Of a stretch of DNA of 64,000 bases, positions 59,716 through 64,000 are shown piece by piece. The stretch is from contig NMRA01000406.1 in NCBI GenBank assembly GCA_002633005.1, forward strand, positions 66,862 through 130,861, given 5' to 3'. Origin of the DNA: Phoronis australis. Lineage: Eukaryota; Animalia; Phoronida. How positions within the stretch are numbered: position 1 is the first letter of the stretch; the number at the start of each line of letters is the position of its first letter. Position numbers and translations under genes: made by a program. The notes beneath the pieces were generated by a model. That model was not told the DNA's origin and searched no databases. It worked only from the letters and a program-made list of their open reading frames with translations.

Positions 59716-62700
59716 TCTTTCTGTTCAATTATAATGAAATGTTGTCAAGAAAAAGGTGTATGCTTATGACGTTTTGAAGTCATGAACATCTTAAACTAGT
59801 ACATGCCCGAGGATAGGGTTATAATTCACTCTTGTAACTCACGTGTTTGGAAAACTTCGTTCGATATACTTGCAGTCGGTGTCTTTAAGTTCCTCACTTG
59901 CCGGTGTCAAGTCAATAGACATTCTGTGACACACGAGGCTCCATCCCACGTAGTAGCCTACAGTGAAAGATTCCACTGTCGGTCTATTTGGACAATATTA
60001 ACATCCCTATTGACTTACTGTACACGAGTCCATTGTAACACTAGCGTCAGACAGGGCTTCTCCGAATGAATAAATAAAAACGTATTCAATCATTTCCCTC
60101 GCCGCGTGGTATAATTCACGGAATTGTATTGAATTTTACTTTCATTTGATCAGATTTTTGTTTGTAATGAGAACAAAACTCCAAAGATGTGACGTTGTGA
60201 TAATCAGCCGTCATGCTTGTAAGCCTGATTCAGGGTCAACACCTGACCCTCCCTGAAAAAATGCGACTCGCTCAGTGACCAAACAAAAAGGGTTTTCTTT
60301 GTCATTATCCAAACGAAGTAGGCCAATTGATATTTTTCGAATCAATGACCACGTCCCTTTTACCCGGCTACACAATGCTGCACCGTGTGGTTATCATCAA
60401 ACTATGAGCATCATCTTCGTGACATCTTCGACAACGCTGTGCGGTGGATATATATTGGACGTGGCAAATGGGTCATAACGTTCCGCATACTTTCTCCTCA
60501 ACTGTCCGTGAACCAGTCTGGTTTTGCAGAGTGTCTGGATCGAGGAGGTGACTGTTCGGCAGCACAAAAATGCTCATCGAAGACAGAGTCAACAGACCTA
60601 CAGTTGTGTAACTCCCCAGTTAGGCACAAGTTGCGTTCCCCCGCCAACAATAGGCCTATGCAGCTTTCACCACACCTGAGAGCGTTTCAGCTGAGAGAAA
60701 TTTTAAAATAAACTAAGACAGTAATAACGTTAGCCATCAAACTGAACGTTGTTTTTATGCGTAGAACACACGAAGGGAACTGAAAAACCTTTTTGTTATT
60801 GTTGAAATTGTATGCATAGTCTGTCCAAATAATGACCCCCAACTTCCGTTATTTTTGCAACATCTTGAGACAGTACAAGTGCCGGTACTAATATAATTGA
60901 TCCGGTACTTACGTTTTTGTGGATTGAACTGAAGTGTAAACCAGAGTTGGGGAAACTTGTTTGACGAGACAGGTTGAAATATTTCTGTCACTATGTCTAG
61001 GCCCTTTGATCAAGACTTTGACACATACCTCACAATATTTTTCATTGTATCTTGACTAAATTTCGTATCGTGCTGACCCACTTCGATACCTTTTCCTTAC
61101 ATAGTCCCATAACTTTTGAATATTCAAAGGTTTTCAAAAAATATGTGTTTCTGTGTTTCCGTTCGTCCTAGACGGCCACAGTTTGAAAAAAAAATGAATC
61201 ACTGTACGCCCAACGACTTACCGTGATAAAACTGAACTCAACTTGTCATTTACTAAGCTGATAATTGTTTTAGGTGAGGCAGAGAACTGACATTGCAAAT
61301 TAATCCTCAACATATAGAACCTGGTTCTTTCAAACGCCTGAAATCACTCCAATTCTAATAGGGAACAATTTGAGACCAATTCCATAGCGGTAAATTGATT
61401 TAATCGAAAGTGTTTTTTTGTGTTGGAACACTGTGGCCATAATTGCCATTTTGACTCGTATACAAATGATATCCAATGTGTAATGTAATGTTATCTTACC
61501 AGAACTACTGATAACATGTTAATGGTGAATTAAAGTATATGTTTTGTCTAGCTACTTGTTCATCAGTTTATCGTATTTTTGACTGCTTAAAATGGGGAGT
61601 AAAGGCAGATTACTGATTTGCGATTTCATTCATTATGGAAAAATGAAAACAACACAGTGTTCTGTGGTCAGTTGTTTTTATAATCTATAGAAATATCCTT
61701 TTATAAAAAAATAAGTAATATTTTCTACATGTTCTTCATGTTTTTACCAAGTGACTTATCCATTGGCGACATTTTGATTTTTTAATACGTCCGAGATCCG
61801 ACGTTCCTTCATTTCATTGTGGTGCAATCCACGATGTCAGTTCCAGCAAGGGTTGTTAACCTCTCTAAGCTTCCACGCAAAAACTCATTCTAGGATTGTT
61901 GACAGAAACCAGCTTCGATGTCAACAGAGATGCGTTTTACTAGTAACTTTTTACTTACCTGAATATACTCGATCTACAAATGGATGTAGGAACTAGCTGG
62001 CGGACTGGTCGCTGAACATTCCGATCAAACAGACAGCAAATTATTGTCCCTGTTTAACGGTAGAAACATTTCGTTTACTAATAAAAACACAAAACATTAG
62101 AACTGAAACTGGAAATTGACATCTTTACAGTTAAACCTACTGGAAATTGATTCGTTGAGAAACAACTCAATTATCTCCAGTGTATTAATAGTTTGTGAAA
62201 TAAGGGTACCACCAGCCGTTACTAAGGTGACAAGTTTCGCTCATCTGTGGTTAAATGACAGTCAGTGGCATCAACGGGCTGTGCTATTGATTTTCAACAC
62301 ACCATGTGGGTATACAAGTGATAACGATAATGATAATAATAATGAAATTGATCAATATTCTTAAATTGAAGAAAACATTTTTCAAGTTAGGAATGCACAT
62401 ATCTAGTTCTCCAGGGGACCCCTCTCTGGCCGCAAGGATTAATATTGTCAACTGTTGCTCTCTCGTTTTTTGATTGTATGCCATTTGATATAAGCCAAGC
62501 TCTTGAAAGGGAAAGGGAGTAGAAAAAATCAAAATTCTCATGAAAACCACAGAGCATTTAAATTATTTTATAAACATGTGATTTGCTAACTGAGTGCACA
62601 GATTGATTTTTTTTCAACGTGAACGTGATTATTTGAATGAACTTGCCAAGTTTTCAATTGTATTGCAAGTTCATGGATACGCGATCTTGAGATTAAGCAG

Positions 62701-62851
62701 AATTCCAAGTTCAGCAATTCATGACTTTGTGGGCATCCTTGTATGCTCAGATACACATTGTAAACTAACTCCCTGTTAGCAGCGTAAAAACGTTGTTTTG
62801 TCAATTGACCACCAGAGGGCAATAATTGAGAAGAGGTCGCTGTTGTGCAAG

Positions 62852-63028
62852 ATGGCGCCGTACTTTGAAGAAATGCAGTCTTATTTCAAAAACAACAATC
62901 GTGTAAAAGAATTACAAGGTCATTCAGCCAAAGTTCACTCTGTGTCGTGGAGTTGTGATGGGAAGCGCCTGGCCTCAGGATCATTTGACAAAACTGTGTG
63001 CATCTACTCCCTTGACAGGGACCGTTTG
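62852..63028 (+). CDS. THOC3: THO complex subunit 3 (TEX1, WD40) coding exon 1
   Basis: AAGATGGCG start; HSAKVHSVSWSCDGKRLASGSFDKTVCIYSLDRDRL|gtgag matches recalled THOC3 HSAKVHSVAWSCDGRRLASGSFDKTASVFLLEKDRL. Confidence 0.93.
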
Positions 63029-64000
63029 GTGAGATTGATCATACATGCTTCAATCCACAGGCGCTTGGGTTTATCGCAAATGACGTCACAATATATTTAT
63101 AAGAAAACATAAAGGTTGGACACTCGAAATCTGTTTAGCCGAGGCTCCCAACTTCAACCGTCCAAAATACAAATAAAATCTGCGTTCACTTCCCTTAGCC
63201 TGGTATTGCATAAACATTCGAAGCCTTATGCTCTTTCCTAGATCCCATTAACTGTCTTCGTGAGTGGTGAAGTGGCGATGGAATTTCCAAAACAATCTCA
63301 AAACTCTGAATTCAAGGACCTGAAATAGTAAACATGGCGGATTTCAGTTGTGCTTCAACTTGTACGCCTGACGTAGGTGAAACTTCGAGTTTGAGCAAGC
63401 AACCTATATTTCAAATTCAATAATTCTAATCCAAAACTCAACTAATTGAGAACGTTAAAGTTAGTATTTTAATGCTTATTTGTAACTTAATTCAACTGAC
63501 GGCTCATTTTAGCCCTTAACTTAGAACTTTATTACATAAACTGGCGTATCTTGTTTCTCATCTTGACATCACGCACTTTTTTGATTGAAGCACAACACAC
63601 ACCNNNNNNNNNNNNNNNNNNNNNNNNNNNNNNNNNNNNNNNNNNNNNNNNNNNNNNNNNNNNNNNNNNNNNNNNNNNNNNNNNNNNNNNNNNNNNNNNN
63701 NNNNNNNNNNNNNNNNNNCGACCAAAATTAGGCCTTCCGGACGATCGAAAACTCGGCATGAAAACTCGGCCTTGACTTCGAGAAAACAACTTGAGGAGAT
63801 GCGCACGCATCTAAACTACATCCTGTCCAAATTTCATGTTTGTATTTGAGAGTATAGTGCTCTTTTGGATAGGAGGAACAAGAGGTACTTTTTCGAAAGT
63901 TGATCGCATGGCGGAAAATCGTGTGCTAAAAAAAGCTTACAAAAAATGATTTATCAGCGATAATTTGAGACAAAAAGATTACAAACTTACAAATAAAGAC

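Noticed and set aside
57199-60711. ORFs between the two genes (57199-57570, 59505-59777, 60385-60711)
   Set aside because: No recognisable homology or consistent exon chain; expected by chance.

Overview
AT-rich, repeat-dense animal (invertebrate-like) genomic DNA from a gapped draft assembly; not prokaryotic. The main content is the 5' ~45% of an otoferlin-like (type II) ferlin gene on the minus strand. Its ATG is at 56862; I traced 20 homologous coding exons (C2A, C2B, FerI, C2C, FerB, C2D) down to 3101, plus 4 tentative linker exons, and the gene runs off the left edge. Exon 1 of THOC3 lies head-to-head on the plus strand (62852). Introns hold a dead L1/Tx1-like LINE, Helentron-associated (HINE-like) elements with CTCF-like motif arrays, Tc2-like, Kolobok-like, hAT-like, Harbinger-like and foldback MITEs, a TIR element carrying a Penelope-like GIY-YIG fragment, and many minisatellites. 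Three duplications sit next to N gaps, one of them containing the C2B exon; they are probably uncollapsed haplotypes or contig overlaps. No RNA genes or CRISPR arrays were found. I see no clearly new protein-coding system; the best leads are RNA- and chromatin-level hypotheses. All homology calls are from memory, not from searches.
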